This document shows positions 23,268 through 33,521 of a DNA stretch of 64,000 nt, in pieces. This stretch comes from Dehalococcoides mccartyi (GTDB lineage: Bacteria; Chloroflexota; Dehalococcoidia; UBA2979): the NCBI GenBank assembly GCA_945865925.1, contig CAMBFG010000003.1:9522-73521 (forward strand). The letters run 5' to 3'. A program made the position numbers and the translations under genes. Below the pieces are notes generated by a model. That model had not been told where the DNA came from. It ran no database searches and saw nothing but the letters and a program-made list of their open reading frames with translations. Every line of letters begins with the position of its first letter. The stretch's first letter is position 1.

Positions 23268-23385
23268 GATCGCGCCTCTCTCGATGTCCGAGCGTTTCGC
23301 GCTGACATCGGCGCGCGCGATCATCGCACCCGCGTCATGCGCCCGCCACCGACCGCCGTGATACCGACGTTGCGTAACGGACGCG

Positions 23386-24561
23386 TTAACCCCGCGGCAG
23401 GCCCAGTCCGCGCTGCGCGATGATGTTGCGCTGCACCTCGGACGTCCCGGCGGTGATCGTGGACGCCACAGAATTGAGGTAGAGCCTCGAGTACGCGCCA
23501 CCGAGGCGGGCGTAGGGGGAGCCGGGCATCAACTGGCCGGCGGGGCCCAGCAACTGCATGCCGGTCTGCGCGACGCGCTGGGTGAGTTCGGAGCCGTACA
23601 ACTTCGAGACGCTCGCCTCGTGGTTCGGCTGGACGCCCTGCTGCTGCATGAACGGGATGCGATACGCGACGTTGAAGCCGACCTGCATCTCGATCCAGCG
23701 GTCGGCGAGTTCGTAGCGCGCGTTCGGGTTGCGCGACATCAGGCTGCGCTCGTCCTTCGCCGCCTCGACGAGGCGCTCGATGTCGCGCTTGCCGCGCGAG
23801 AAGGCGGCGACCCCGGACCGCTCAAAGTCCAGGGTGGCAGCAACCTGGTACCAGCCGCGGTTTTCCTGCCCGATCAGGTTCTCGGACGGGATGCGCACGT
23901 TCTCGAAGTGGACCTCGTTCAAGGTCTTGCCGCCCGACATGTCCTCGATCGGCTGGATCGAGATGCCGGCGGAGTCCATCGGCAGGGCGAACATCGAGAG
24001 GCCGCGATGCTTGGCGGCGTGCGGGTCGGTGCGGGCAGCGAGGAGGCCCATGCTGGCCTCCTGCGCCCCGCTCGCCCAGATCTTGGTGCCGTTGATGACG
24101 TACTCGTCGCCGTCACGGATGGCACGCGTCTGGAGCGCCGCGAGGTCTGACCCAGCGCCCGGCTCGGAGTAGAGCGTCGTCCAGGTGTCATCGCCCCCGG
24201 CGATCCGAGGCAGGAGCAGGCGCTTCTGCTCCTCGCTGCCGTACATCATCAGCGCGGGCCCGACCCAGGCGACGCCGGCGCCGCCCCCACCCGGCATCCG
24301 GGCGTAGGCAGCCTCTTCGTTCATGATCATCTGCTGGACCTGGCCCGCGCCGGCACCGCCGTACTGCTCCGGCCACGCGAGGGCCAGCCACCGCTGGTCC
24401 GCCAGCCCCTTCGAGACCTGGTGGGCGAGGGCAGCCCGTTCCTCCGCGCTCACCTCGCCGGTGAAGTCGCGATCGCCCCAGCCGTTCGGCAGGCGCTGCG
24501 CCAGGAAAGCGCGCAACTGCTCGCGGAAGCGCTCTTCCTCCGGGGTAAAGGCGAAATCCAT
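23386..24561 (-). CDS. Acyl-CoA dehydrogenase family, FadE26/29-like
   Basis: YSEPGAGSDLAAL, LDFERSG, AGTSEVQRNIIA; paralog of 5062-6291. Confidence 0.92.
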   Translation of the reverse strand: MDFAFTPEEERFREQLRAFLAQRLPNGWGDRDFTGEVSAEERAALAHQVSKGLADQRWLALAWPEQYGGAGAGQVQQMIMNEEAAYARMPGGGGAGVAWVGPALMMYGSEEQKRLLLPRIAGGDDTWTTLYSEPGAGSDLAALQTRAIRDGDEYVINGTKIWASGAQEASMGLLAARTDPHAAKHRGLSMFALPMDSAGISIQPIEDMSGGKTLNEVHFENVRIPSENLIGQENRGWYQVAATLDFERSGVAAFSRGKRDIERLVEAAKDERSLMSRNPNARYELADRWIEMQVGFNVAYRIPFMQQQGVQPNHEASVSKLYGSELTQRVAQTGMQLLGPAGQLMPGSPYARLGGAYSRLYLNSVASTITAGTSEVQRNIIAQRGLGLPRG

Positions 24562-24894
24562 CCTGGAACCTCCGCTGGGGACGGGGGGTGCCGAGGTTCT
24601 CGGTGCCGCCGCCCGTGCGTGCAGCCCACTCCCCCGACCCGTACCCCTCGATCTTAGCGCCGCACCTGCCCAGTCGCCCTTCGTTCCGCGCCACTCTGGT
24701 CACTGGTTCCGAGCGCGCGATTCGCGTCCTCGACGGCGCACCCCATATCATCGCCAGCGTGACCGGGCGGGGTTGCACGGGATATCGCGTGGTACCGAAT
24801 GCTCCCCGCCGGCCGAGGGCCTCCTCGCCGCTCCCCAGACTGTCGCGTGTCGTCTACCTCGGCGGGTACCGCTGGGTCGGGAGCCTGTGACGCT

Positions 24895-27003
24895 GTGACC
24901 ACCTGGGTCGGCCGCTACGCGATTGTCGGAGGGCAGGTGCAGGAGCACGGGCCCTGGCTCGTCGACCGTCAACGGCAGCGCGAAGAGGAAGTCCTCCGCC
25001 TACTCGTCCTCACGGAGCCCTCGGATGCCCGTTCCGCCGACTTCTGCAAAGAGGTCGCCGAGGCCATCGCCGCCCTGTTCGCCCGAGAGTCGCTCTCGAT
25101 CACCGGTGGCCTGCTCCGCGCTCTCCGCCTTGCCCACGGCAACCTCGCCGAGTGGAACCGACGGTCCCTCCGCGAGCACCGCGTCTCCATCGGCGTCACC
25201 TGCGTCGCGATCCGCGATGGCGAAGCCACCATCGCGCAGGTCGGCCCCGGCATCGCTTACCTCGCCGGCCCCCACACCATCGAGCGGCTCGCCACCGAGG
25301 GCACCCCCGCCGCGAACGCCCTCGGTAGTGACGTGGCGATCGAGCCGCTGTTCACGGCGACGCCACTCGCGGGGTACGAGATCCTGCTGCTCTCCTCGGC
25401 CGCGGAGCCCGCGATCGGCCGCCAGGCGATCGAGGAGGCGCTCGTCGTCGGCCCGGAACGCGCGCTCGCCGAACTGTTCCGCCGCACCCGAGGCGTCACG
25501 GATATGGCTGCCGTCCTCGTCGCCGACCTCGACATCGACGAGACGCAGGAGGCCGAACCGCTCGACTACGCCGTCGACGCGCGCGCGAACGCCGGGCCGG
25601 CTGGCGTTGCCTCGGTCGAGGGTGCGCGGGCACCCGGCCCCGTCACGTCGAGGCCGGACGTCGATTCCGGCCCGCCGATTGCACGCCACCGGCCGCAGCG
25701 CACCGCAGGGTCACGATTGCCATCACTCCGCCGGCCTCGGACGGTGGGGCGCGCTGGTCGGGGTGGTGGACCCGCCGTGCCGTGGCGACTCGCCAGCCTC
25801 GTGGTGGGGGTGGCGGCGGTGATTGCCATCCTCGCGTGGACGGTGCTGCCACGACTGCTGAACGAGGACCGCGCCGCCGAACTCGACCGGGCGATCGCCG
25901 CCGCGACGCAGCAGGTGACTGCCGCCGACTCCGCCGCCGGCCCGAACGAGCGCCGCCAGGCCCTGCAACAGGCCCTCGTGGATATCGAGAAGGCGCGTGC
26001 CATCTCCGCGCAGGATCCCCGGGTCGCCACCCTGGAGAAGAGCGCGCGTGATCGCCTCGACCTGCTGGACGCGATCACCAACGTCGAGCAACTGACGGCG
26101 GTGCTCACCTTCGCCGGGACGATCACGGCACCGGTGAACCCGGAACAACTCGTCGTGGGCGGTCGTGCTGTCTGGCTGATGGAGTCTGGCCGAGGCCGCG
26201 TGTTCCGCGTCGACCCGCAGGCGCAGAACTCCGCGATCGAGGTGTACCGCGCCGGCGAGTCCTACAGCCGTACCACCGCGCGTGACCCCGTCGCAATCGC
26301 GTGGGACGGCGCGAAGAACCGCCTGCTCATCCTCGATGCCGGTCGCACCCTGTTCGCCGTCGCGGACGACGCCAGCGCGCGCCCGGTAGGGATCGCACTG
26401 CGCGGTGCCGCCGACCTGAAGTCGACGGTGTCGATGACCGTGTACCTCAGCAACCTGTACGTCCTCGACAGCGCGGGTGGTGAAGTCTGGCGGTACTTGC
26501 CTGCCTCGGACGGGTTCGACTCGGAACGCACGGGGACGCTGGGCGGCGGGGAGATCGCGCAGGCGAGCGAACTGACGGTGGACGGCGATGTCTTCCTGCT
26601 GGACGGCGCGCGGCTACGCCATTTCCGGCAGGGCCGTGAGCTCGCGCCGTTGCTCCAGGGACTGGACAAGCCGCTGCAGTCCCCGATCGCCCTCGGCGAG
26701 GACTTGCTGCGAGGCATCCTGTACGTCGCCGACCGCGGCAACCGCCGCGTGATCGCGGGCGACCGCGAACTCGCGTTCCAGCGCCAGTACCGCCACGCCG
26801 ACTTCGGCGACCTCCGAGGCGTCGGCGTGTCCTCGGACGGCTCGCGGGTATACGTCCTCACCGGGGACCGCATTGCGTGGTTCCAGCCGAAGCCGCCCGC
26901 CGCCGGGCCCGGTGGCGCAGCGACCCCCGTGCCCACCTCGACGCCCACGCCAGCCGCGTCACCTACCGCGACTCCGACGGCCACGCCCACCCCCACGAGA
27001 TAG
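24895..27003 (+). CDS. Membrane protein with a degenerate PP2C-like N-domain, one TM helix and an extracellular beta-propeller (NHL-like)
   Basis: PP2C-like strand pattern (TCVAIRDGEATIAQVG; ILLLSS), TM LVVGVAAVIAILAWTVL, repeats LYVLD/LYVADRGN; start uncertain. Confidence 0.6.
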   Translation: MTTWVGRYAIVGGQVQEHGPWLVDRQRQREEEVLRLLVLTEPSDARSADFCKEVAEAIAALFARESLSITGGLLRALRLAHGNLAEWNRRSLREHRVSIGVTCVAIRDGEATIAQVGPGIAYLAGPHTIERLATEGTPAANALGSDVAIEPLFTATPLAGYEILLLSSAAEPAIGRQAIEEALVVGPERALAELFRRTRGVTDMAAVLVADLDIDETQEAEPLDYAVDARANAGPAGVASVEGARAPGPVTSRPDVDSGPPIARHRPQRTAGSRLPSLRRPRTVGRAGRGGGPAVPWRLASLVVGVAAVIAILAWTVLPRLLNEDRAAELDRAIAAATQQVTAADSAAGPNERRQALQQALVDIEKARAISAQDPRVATLEKSARDRLDLLDAITNVEQLTAVLTFAGTITAPVNPEQLVVGGRAVWLMESGRGRVFRVDPQAQNSAIEVYRAGESYSRTTARDPVAIAWDGAKNRLLILDAGRTLFAVADDASARPVGIALRGAADLKSTVSMTVYLSNLYVLDSAGGEVWRYLPASDGFDSERTGTLGGGEIAQASELTVDGDVFLLDGARLRHFRQGRELAPLLQGLDKPLQSPIALGEDLLRGILYVADRGNRRVIAGDRELAFQRQYRHADFGDLRGVGVSSDGSRVYVLTGDRIAWFQPKPPAAGPGGAATPVPTSTPTPAASPTATPTATPTPTR

Positions 27004-27020
27004 CCGACAGCGAGACAGTG

Positions 27021-27410
27021 ATGCCCGACGCCCTCGACCCGATGCAGGAGCGTGCCGTCGCGGATGCCGTGGTAACACGGGCGGCGCAACAGTTACGTGA
27101 GCAGATGAAGCGAGTAGCCGCCGCCATCGTCCCGTTCCCCGCGTTCCCCGGCGCGGTGTTCGCCTACGGGATCGAGGTGGAACCGATCGGTACGGAGCAG
27201 GGCTGTGTGATCTTCGGCGACGACGGGACGCTCTACGAACTCCAGATCGGGATGGACGCCTCACAGGCGGCCCTCGACTCCGACCAGGTCGGCACCCGCC
27301 ACGAGGAACTCGTACCTCTCGACGTCCCGGCGGCGGAGTTCGTCACCTACGCCCACCGCGCGATCGCCGCGGCGACCGCGTACCTCGAACGCCGGTCAGC
27401 CGAGGCCTAG
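27021..27410 (+). CDS. Hypothetical protein
   Basis: ORF immediately downstream of the previous gene with host-like codon use. Confidence 0.6.
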   Translation: MPDALDPMQERAVADAVVTRAAQQLREQMKRVAAAIVPFPAFPGAVFAYGIEVEPIGTEQGCVIFGDDGTLYELQIGMDASQAALDSDQVGTRHEELVPLDVPAAEFVTYAHRAIAAATAYLERRSAEA

Positions 27411-27419
27411 TCCGCGCGC

Positions 27420-27917
27420 CTACTCCGCGACGTAGTCGCCGGAACGGCCGCCGGACTTCGCGACGAGGCGAATGTCGCCGATGCGGATGTCGCGCTGCAC
27501 GGCCTTCACCATGTCGTAGACGGTGAGCGCGGCCACGCTGACGGCCGTCAGTGCTTCCATCTCCACGCCGGTCTGCCCCGTGACGCGCACCGTCGCCTCC
27601 ACCTCGATGGTGTGGGCGGCGTGGTCGGGCTCGAGGGTGACGCGGACGGCGGTGATCGGGAGCGGATGGCAGAGCGGGATCAGTTCGTGCGTGCGCTTCG
27701 CCGCCATGATGCCGGCCACGCGGGCCGTCGCGAGCACATCGCCCTTCGGCGCACGCCCTTCGACGATGAGCGCGAGCGTCTCAGGGGACAGAAACACGCG
27801 CCCTCGGGCCGTCGCCTCACGCGTGGTCGTCTCTTTGGCGGAGACATCGACCATCCGCGCTTCGCCGTGGGCGTCGAGGTGGGAGAGGCCGCCGGGGTGT
27901 TCGTCTGAGTTCGTCAT
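27420..27917 (-). CDS. moaC: Cyclic pyranopterin monophosphate synthase
   Basis: [32 protein letters not shown]. Confidence 0.96.
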   Translation of the reverse strand: MTNSDEHPGGLSHLDAHGEARMVDVSAKETTTREATARGRVFLSPETLALIVEGRAPKGDVLATARVAGIMAAKRTHELIPLCHPLPITAVRVTLEPDHAAHTIEVEATVRVTGQTGVEMEALTAVSVAALTVYDMVKAVQRDIRIGDIRLVAKSGGRSGDYVAE

Positions 27918-27939
27918 CGCTGCGAATCGTAGTCGACGG

Positions 27940-29007
27940 TTATCCGCCGATGTACGACATCTCGACCTTGCGCAGGTCAGGCGTCGCCTGCGAGCGCAGT
28001 TCGGAGTAGCGGTCCTCGCGGGCACGCCACGTGCCCGCGATCAGTGAGGTGAGCGCGGCGTCCGAGGCGCCCTCGCGCATCGCTTCGCGCAAGTCGATGC
28101 CACCGGCGGCGAAGAGGCAGGTGTAGATCGAGCCCTCGGCCGACAGGCGCATGCGGGTGCAGGTGCCGCAGAACGGCTGGGTGACCGAGGTGATCACGCC
28201 GACCTCGCCCGCACCGTCGCGGTAGCGGTAGCGCTGGGCGACCTCGCCGGTGTAGTTGGGCTCGACCGGTTCGAGCGGCCAGCGCCCGTCGATCATCCGC
28301 ACGAGGTCAGACGCGGGGAGCACCTCGTCGAGTTTCCAGCCGTTGGTTGTGCCGACGTCCATGAATTCAATGAAACGGACCGTGTGCGGTGTGCCTCGGA
28401 AGCGCCCAGCGAGATCGAGCAGCGTGTGGTCGTTCACGCCTCGACGCACCACGGCGTTCACCTTCACCGGGAGGCCAGCCGCCGCGGCCGCTTCGATCCC
28501 TTCGAGGACGAGGGCGACGGGGAAGTCCATGTCGTTCATCGCGCGGAATGTCGCGTCGTCGACGGAGTCGAGGCTGACCGTGACGCGGTCGAGCCCAGCC
28601 TCGCGCAGCGGCGCGGCGAGCGTCTTGAGCATCGTGCCGTTGGTGGTCATCGCGATCTCGACGTCGGGCACCTCGCGCAGCACGCGGACGAGTGTCGGCA
28701 GTTGGGCGCGCAGGGTGGGCTCACCGCCGGTCAGGCGGAACTTGCGCACTCCCTGTGCGGCGAACAGCCGCGCCAGTCGCGTGATCTCCTCGAAGGTCAG
28801 GACAGCCGACCGAGGCAGGAACGCGAAGTTCGCCCCGAAGATTTCTTTGGGCATGCAGTACTGGCAGCGGAAGTTGCATCGGTCAGTGACGGAGATGCGC
28901 AGGTCGCGCATCGGCCGCCCGAGGGCATCGACCAGTGTGGAGCCCTCGGCTCCCCCGTTATCGAGGTCGTCCCATTCGGGGTGCGGCGTGCCAGCAACTG
29001 GGGTCAT
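27940..29007 (-). CDS. moaA: GTP 3',8-cyclase (radical SAM)
   Basis: [24 protein letters not shown]...CLF, C-terminal MSYIGG. Confidence 0.97.
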   Translation of the reverse strand: MTPVAGTPHPEWDDLDNGGAEGSTLVDALGRPMRDLRISVTDRCNFRCQYCMPKEIFGANFAFLPRSAVLTFEEITRLARLFAAQGVRKFRLTGGEPTLRAQLPTLVRVLREVPDVEIAMTTNGTMLKTLAAPLREAGLDRVTVSLDSVDDATFRAMNDMDFPVALVLEGIEAAAAAGLPVKVNAVVRRGVNDHTLLDLAGRFRGTPHTVRFIEFMDVGTTNGWKLDEVLPASDLVRMIDGRWPLEPVEPNYTGEVAQRYRYRDGAGEVGVITSVTQPFCGTCTRMRLSAEGSIYTCLFAAGGIDLREAMREGASDAALTSLIAGTWRAREDRYSELRSQATPDLRKVEMSYIGG

Positions 29008-29082
29008 GCATCGAGTGTAGGCCGTCAAGCACAGCGGTGCAGGACGGGGTCAGGGCGGCCACGTCCAGAGGCCCGCACGCCT

Positions 29083-29283
29083 CTACGGAGTGTGGCCGTT
29101 GGATGCTGGCTTCAGTTGATCGGCGCTGGCCATCAGGTGGGTCACGATGGCGGGATCCGAGATCGTGAACGTGACCGAGCCGGAGCCCGCGTCCACCGAA
29201 GCCCGCACGTTACCGCCGCCGGAGATGTAATCCAGTAGCGCCGCTGTGAAGCGCTCGGCTCGAGTTCCGGTGTACTCAGGCAT
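29083..29283 (-). CDS. Small hypothetical protein
   Basis: GAGG RBS; start overlaps the stop of the upstream small ORF. Confidence 0.4.
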   Translation of the reverse strand: MPEYTGTRAERFTAALLDYISGGGNVRASVDAGSGSVTFTISDPAIVTHLMASADQLKPASNGHTP

Positions 29284-29479
29284 GGGCAGGCCCCTCACGC
29301 TCGACAACCTCGGTGTTCGATTCGGCGGCGGAGGGGACTTCCGCAGCCATCGACGGGCGCGGGTAGATCACCATCGCCTGCATGCCCAGCTGGGAGAGGA
29401 CATACAGGATGCGATCGATTTCGGGTTCAGATAACGGCACAGCACGGCCTTTGTTGAGTAGGCCACTGCATCTGAGCAT
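29276..29479 (-). CDS. Small hypothetical protein (start uncertain)
   Basis: Stop overlaps the next ORF start; fills an otherwise empty gap. Confidence 0.3.
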   Translation of the reverse strand: MLRCSGLLNKGRAVPLSEPEIDRILYVLSQLGMQAMVIYPRPSMAAEVPSAAESNTEVVEREGPAHA

Positions 29480-29625
29480 GAGGTGAGGGTCTACGGGCTT
29501 TGTGCCTTGAGACTACGCGCCAGCGCGGATCGTTCCTGTGTCGGAGTGACGTGCGGGGCGACGGATACCGTGACAACAAGTCGCCGGAACGCGCGCATCC
29601 GAATCCGGCGGGACAGCGGAGCCGG

Positions 29626-30822
29626 CTAACGCCTCGGGCTGCCGCCTTCGGAGATCGCGTCGCCGATGATCCCCACGGCACGATCGATGGCGGCGGGATC
29701 GGCGGCGGTGAAGTTCATCCGCAGCGTGGAGACACCATCTTCCTGGTTCACGAAGAAGTACTTCCCGGGGACGAACGCCACGCCGCGCGCGAGGACGAGG
29801 CGGTTGAGCGCCTCCGCGTCGAGGCCCGCGGGACCCTGCACCCATACGAACATGCCACCCTCGGGCCGCGTCCAGCGGAAGCCCTCGGGCAGATGCCGTT
29901 CGAGCGCGTCCAGCATCGCCTGTTGGCGCGGGCGATACAGATCGAGGATCGCGGGCAACTGCCGTTCGAGGTTTCCGCCGCTGATGTACTCGGCTGCCAG
30001 TGCCTGCCCGAGGGTGCTCGTGTGCAAGTCGACTCCCTGCCGCGCGATCACGAGCCAACGTCGCAGCGCCGCGGGTGCGACGCAGAAGCCGAGGCGCAAC
30101 CCAGGCGCGAACGTCTTCGACAGCGTGCTGATGTAGACGACATGCTCTGGCGCGAATGAGTGGATCGGTGGCAACGGATCGCCCGTGTACCGCAGGTCGC
30201 TGTATGGGTCGTCCTCGACGAGCAGGGTGTCGCGCCGCTGCAGGATCTCCGCCACCTGATGTCGGCGTGCGAGCGATAGCGTGCGGCCGGTCGGGTTCTG
30301 GAACGTGGGCACGAGGTAGACGAACTTCACACGCGTCCTTGCCAGGATCGCGTCGAGCGCCTCCGGGATCAGGCCGTCGTCATCGGTCGCCACTTCCGCG
30401 TAGCGCGGCTCGTATGGGTTGAACGCCTGCAGCGCGCCGAGGTAGGTCGGCGCCTCGACGGCCACCGTTTCCCCAGGTGAGACCAGCACCTTCCCCAGCG
30501 CGTCCAGCACTCCTTGCGACCCGGTGAACACGACCAGGCCCTCGGCGGTCGTCGTCACTCCGCGCGCGGCGAGGTGCGGGACGAGCGCCTCTCGCAGCGG
30601 CTCGAAGCCCTCGGAGGCGTCGTACTGGAGGGCCCGACCACCGTACCGGCGGAGCACGGTGGTCATCAGGTCGTCCATGATGGCGAGCGGGAAGGAGTCG
30701 TCTGCCGGCAGCCCGCCCGCCAGCGAGGTCACCCCCGGCGAGGAGGCCGCGTGCAGGATCTCCCGGATGGCGCTGGCCTCCATCTGGTGGGTCCGGCCAG
30801 CGAGCAGGTCATCGATGTCCAT
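29626..30822 (-). CDS. PLP-dependent aminotransferase class I (LysN/ARO8-like)
   Basis: SAIRE, SLAGG.P, FQNPTG, EDDPY, SKTFAPGLRLG, PEGGMF. Confidence 0.9.
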   Translation of the reverse strand: MDIDDLLAGRTHQMEASAIREILHAASSPGVTSLAGGLPADDSFPLAIMDDLMTTVLRRYGGRALQYDASEGFEPLREALVPHLAARGVTTTAEGLVVFTGSQGVLDALGKVLVSPGETVAVEAPTYLGALQAFNPYEPRYAEVATDDDGLIPEALDAILARTRVKFVYLVPTFQNPTGRTLSLARRHQVAEILQRRDTLLVEDDPYSDLRYTGDPLPPIHSFAPEHVVYISTLSKTFAPGLRLGFCVAPAALRRWLVIARQGVDLHTSTLGQALAAEYISGGNLERQLPAILDLYRPRQQAMLDALERHLPEGFRWTRPEGGMFVWVQGPAGLDAEALNRLVLARGVAFVPGKYFFVNQEDGVSTLRMNFTAADPAAIDRAVGIIGDAISEGGSPRR

Positions 30823-31044
30823 CGTCACCGCACTATAGGCACCACTGGGCCACTCACGAATCGTGCGCAGAGTCTGGATGAGGGTTCCCCGAGGGATGCG
30901 GCCGTCTTATGCTTCCCCGTAGGAGTCAGCGACCGCCTGTGGCTTGGCGCTCGTCGGCAGCCTCATCCTTCGGATCACCTCGGCGGCACTGTCCGTCGGT
31001 CTTGCTCGCTGTTCTGCGGCGAGGGCGCTCTGCGAGGCCCAACC

Positions 31045-32097
31045 ATGTACGTCGTCCACACGACTGACCTGACGAAGATTTACCACGACAAGTACATCGC
31101 CCTGAACGCGCTCAACCTGCGCGTGGAGAAGGGGATGGTGTTCGGCCTCGTGGGCCCAAACGGCGCCGGCAAGTCGACCACGTTCCGCATCCTCCTGGGC
31201 CTGCAGCGCGAGACCGCCGGTGACGTGCAGGTGCTGGGCGAGGCGATGACGCCAGAACGAGCAGACCTGCGCCGTCGCATCGGCTTCCTGCCGACCAACC
31301 CGGCGTTCCCGAAGCACATGACGCCGATCGGGTTCCTGGAGTTCGTCAGCCGCATCCTCGGCATGCCATATGAGCGCGCGCGCGTGCAGATGGCACGTCT
31401 GCTTCAGGCGGTCGACCTGACGCAGGCGACGTCCCAGAAGATCGAGGGGTTCTCCACCGGCATGCTCACGCGCCTCGGCATTGCCGCCTCGCTGATGAAC
31501 GACCCCGAGTTGTTGATCCTGGACGAGCCTACGTCTGGCCTCGACCCTGCCGGCCGCAAGCAGACCATCGAGTTGATCCGGGAACTCTCCGGGCGCGACC
31601 GCACGATCATCATCGCGACGCACATCCTGACGGACGTGGAGCGCGTGTGTACGGACGTCGGCATCATCTCGCAGGGCCGCATGATCTACTCCGGCCCGAT
31701 GTCGGAGATGCGCCGCCTCGCACGGCAGGGCACGATCTCGGTGGAGATCGAGGGCAACGCCACCGCGTTTGAGCAGCAGATCCACACGCTGGATGACATC
31801 GGCTCGGTGCGATACGAGCGCGTCGGTGCGGAGTTCCGGATCACGTTCCTGGGCACCGAGGCACTGACGGTCTACCTGACGCGCGTGCTGCAATTGATCG
31901 ACCGCACCGGTGTGGAACTGCTCCGCGTAGACACCGGATCGGACGAGATCGAAGAGGCGTTCCTGCGCCGGCTGGAGGAGGACCGCACACGCGGCTTCCT
32001 GCGTGCCGCCGCCTGGGCGGCGACCCAGGACCTTCGGCGCCCTGGCCGAGCGAATGAGGAGATCGATGCAGGCATTCCTGGCCATCCTTCGGTATGA
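31045..32097 (+). CDS. ABC transporter ATP-binding protein
   Basis: GPNGAGKST, FSTGM signature, LILDEPTSGLD, H-loop ATH. Confidence 0.92.
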   Translation: MYVVHTTDLTKIYHDKYIALNALNLRVEKGMVFGLVGPNGAGKSTTFRILLGLQRETAGDVQVLGEAMTPERADLRRRIGFLPTNPAFPKHMTPIGFLEFVSRILGMPYERARVQMARLLQAVDLTQATSQKIEGFSTGMLTRLGIAASLMNDPELLILDEPTSGLDPAGRKQTIELIRELSGRDRTIIIATHILTDVERVCTDVGIISQGRMIYSGPMSEMRRLARQGTISVEIEGNATAFEQQIHTLDDIGSVRYERVGAEFRITFLGTEALTVYLTRVLQLIDRTGVELLRVDTGSDEIEEAFLRRLEEDRTRGFLRAAAWAATQDLRRPGRANEEIDAGIPGHPSV

Positions 32098-32782
32098 CCT
32101 AGGCCTCCTCTTCCGCTCCTGGATTACGCGGATCTGGATTCCTCTGCTGGTCGCCCCCGCCCTCTTCCTCGTCGTGGTCGCCGCGAACGAGAACGAACTG
32201 GCGTCCGAGACGCTGGCTGCCTATGTGACGGCCGTCCTGATCCCGATCTCTGGGCTCGCCATCGCCGTCCTCGGCACCGGCGCTATCAGCGGCGAGTCGG
32301 GCGTCCTGGCGGACGGCATCCTGTCGAGGTCCGTGACGCGTACGGAGTACATCAGCGCAAAGATCGTCTCGCGGCTCGGGTTCGCGGCGGCGGTCACGCT
32401 GGCGGCACTGATCCCGTTCGTCTATCTCATCGACCGTTACGCAGAGCCGGACACCTCCTGGGCTGGTGTGTTCGTCGGCCTCGTGATCGTGTTGCTGTTG
32501 CTGCTGTTCCTCGGCGCGATCGGCATCACGCTGTCAACGATCCTGTCGAACGTGCTGCTTTCCACGCTGATCCTGTTCCTGGGCGTGACGCTCTCTGGCG
32601 CTGCGCTCCAGTTCCTCGGCCTCACGTGGATGAGCGCGACGGCCGTGGTCGTCGAACTCCCGGCGACGTTCCGAGGCGACAAGAACTGGTGGGAACTGCT
32701 GCGCGTGTTCATCGTCTTCTCGACGCTCACCGGAGTGGCGATCGTCACCTCGTTCTGGGTATTCCGCCGCCGCGACCTCTAG
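32066..32782 (+). CDS. ABC-2 type permease
   Basis: About six hydrophobic segments, ISGE..L..ILSRSVTR.EY...K, ends FRRRDL. Confidence 0.85.
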   Translation: MQAFLAILRYDLGLLFRSWITRIWIPLLVAPALFLVVVAANENELASETLAAYVTAVLIPISGLAIAVLGTGAISGESGVLADGILSRSVTRTEYISAKIVSRLGFAAAVTLAALIPFVYLIDRYAEPDTSWAGVFVGLVIVLLLLLFLGAIGITLSTILSNVLLSTLILFLGVTLSGAALQFLGLTWMSATAVVVELPATFRGDKNWWELLRVFIVFSTLTGVAIVTSFWVFRRRDL

Positions 32783-32847
32783 TACGTCCGAAGACAACAC
32801 GAAGGGCGGCCTCACAACCGCCCTCGTCGTTCCACGTGCCGCCGAGG

Positions 32848-33339
32848 TCAGGCCTGGACGCCCGCCTTCATTTCTTCGATCTGCTTGATGAGGTCAGCGC
32901 GGCGAGTCGCCATGCGCGTCATCTTCGCGCCCAGCTCTTCCTTCATCGTCGAGAGGTTGCTCACCTTGTGGTCGACGACCTCGAGCTGGCGTGCGAGCGC
33001 TGCGATGGCGGTGGAGACGCGCTGGAGGCGCTCGGGCAGTTCAAAGTCCGGACGGCGGGTCGCGGCGATCTGCTTCAGTTCCTCTTCGGCCTCCACCATC
33101 TCCTTGATCTCGGAGAGCGTGAAGCCGAGGAATTGCTGGAGCTGCCGGACGTAGGTGACGCGGTTGATGTCTTCGTCGGAGTAGAGGCGGAAGCCGCCAT
33201 CCATCCGCTCGGGCGGATCGAGGAGGCCCTTCTCCTCGTAGAAGCGAAGGGTGCGCTGAGTGACGCCAGTGCGCTCCGCTACCTCGCCGATCTGATAGCG
33301 CTGGGGTCTAGGGGCGGCGTCCGCGGACTCTGCCGTCAT
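32848..33339 (-). CDS. MerR family transcriptional regulator
   Basis: YQIGEVAERTGVTQRTLRFYEEKGLL HTH plus coiled coil. Confidence 0.92.
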   Translation of the reverse strand: MTAESADAAPRPQRYQIGEVAERTGVTQRTLRFYEEKGLLDPPERMDGGFRLYSDEDINRVTYVRQLQQFLGFTLSEIKEMVEAEEELKQIAATRRPDFELPERLQRVSTAIAALARQLEVVDHKVSNLSTMKEELGAKMTRMATRRADLIKQIEEMKAGVQA

Positions 33340-33345
33340 CCGTAC

Positions 33346-33492
33346 CGTCCTTCGTGACCAACCGAACCACCCGATCTATCCGTTGCCAGCGCAGTGCGCC
33401 GTTCCGACGGAACTGATCTCAGGCGGGGCAAGGGTACTCGGTCGGCTCGGGTGTGTGGGTAACACATGAGGGGTTTTGAACGCCGCAGGACG
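33346..33492 (-). ncRNA. Candidate structured cis-regulatory RNA in the 5' leader of the MerR gene
   Basis: Nested complementary segments with G-U pairs favouring the minus strand; basal stem includes the AAGGAC SD; I could not assign a known family. Confidence 0.35.
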
Positions 33493-33521
33493 CCACTTCA
33501 CAGGGGCGCAGATTTGCCCGA

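Noticed and set aside
29008-29625. Moco riboswitch upstream of moaA
   Set aside because: No recognisable Moco-RNA core, and moaA has a -10 element 6 nt from its ATG.
33405-33430. TPP riboswitch suggested by CUGAGA on the minus strand
   Set aside because: The downstream ACCUGA...UAAU...GCGUAGG elements are absent and the gene context is unrelated to thiamine.
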